From: Candidatus Zixiibacteriota bacterium
GTDB lineage: Bacteria > Zixibacteria > MSB-5A5 > CAIYYT01
DNA: 15,981 nt
Assembly (NCBI GenBank): GCA_040235515.1
Contig: JBECKX010000067.1
Span: forward strand, 1-15,981
Direction of reading: 5' to 3'
Shown: piece after piece, positions 15,874 through 15,981 of the stretch
Layout of the letters: every line of letters begins with the position of its first letter
How positions within the stretch are numbered: position 1 is the stretch's first letter
Position numbers and translations under genes: made by a program
Notes under the pieces: model-generated
Seen by the model: only the letters and a program-made list of their open reading frames with translations
Databases searched by the model: none
Told to the model about the DNA's origin: nothing

Positions 15874-15928
15874 GAAGGTCAAGTTCCCTTGGGACTTGAC
15901 AGTCGGGTTCCAAGGGAACCCGACCTGC
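15874..15928. repeat. Inverted pair of REP-like hairpins
   Basis: GAAG-GTCAAGTTCC-CTT-GGGACTTGAC on the plus strand, then GCAG-GTCGGGTTCC-CTT-GGAACCCGAC read on the minus strand. The two are tail-to-tail, 1 nt apart. Confidence 0.65.
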
Positions 15929-15981
15929 TGCCTGAACGATAGGAAAGGGCAGGTGCCATTCGCCCCTGCCGAGAAGAGCAG

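Noticed and set aside
15265..15942. 225-aa and 148-aa ORFs at the right end
   Set aside because: Both lie entirely within repeat modules and show repeated peptide blocks that shift between frames, so they are most likely non-coding.

Overview
Bacterial genomic window, GC-rich. A dockerin-bearing secreted protein hints at candidate division Zixibacteria, but this is inference only. The left part carries housekeeping genes on the minus strand: partial mutY, a secreted oligopeptidase B-like S9 peptidase, htpX and a TMEM14-like membrane protein. A secreted double-dockerin protein follows on the plus strand. The centre (about 5.7-12.3 kb, plus strand) is a compact RiPP-type biosynthetic operon. 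It has a near-consensus sigma70 promoter, two duplicated 40-aa precursor genes missing from the ORF track (MIYLIDPQDAxIEK-CxxxCxxxCxxxC-GIKPLYGVP-xxxE), three different radical SAM enzymes and an ABC exporter without a peptidase domain. The enzymes are a SPASM maturase with an RRE-like N-terminus, a SPASM enzyme resembling tyramine-excising spliceases, and a cobalamin-dependent radical SAM. The pairing of a CxxxC core and an LYG splice motif with these enzymes suggests a hybrid thioether, spliceotide and methylated peptide, which is the best candidate for an undescribed system. The right part has an NAD-dependent epimerase/SDR and an AlkA-family glycosylase embedded in modular REP/BIME-like palindrome arrays: 4 x ~188 nt, 3.5 x 77 nt and a dispersed 187-nt direct repeat.
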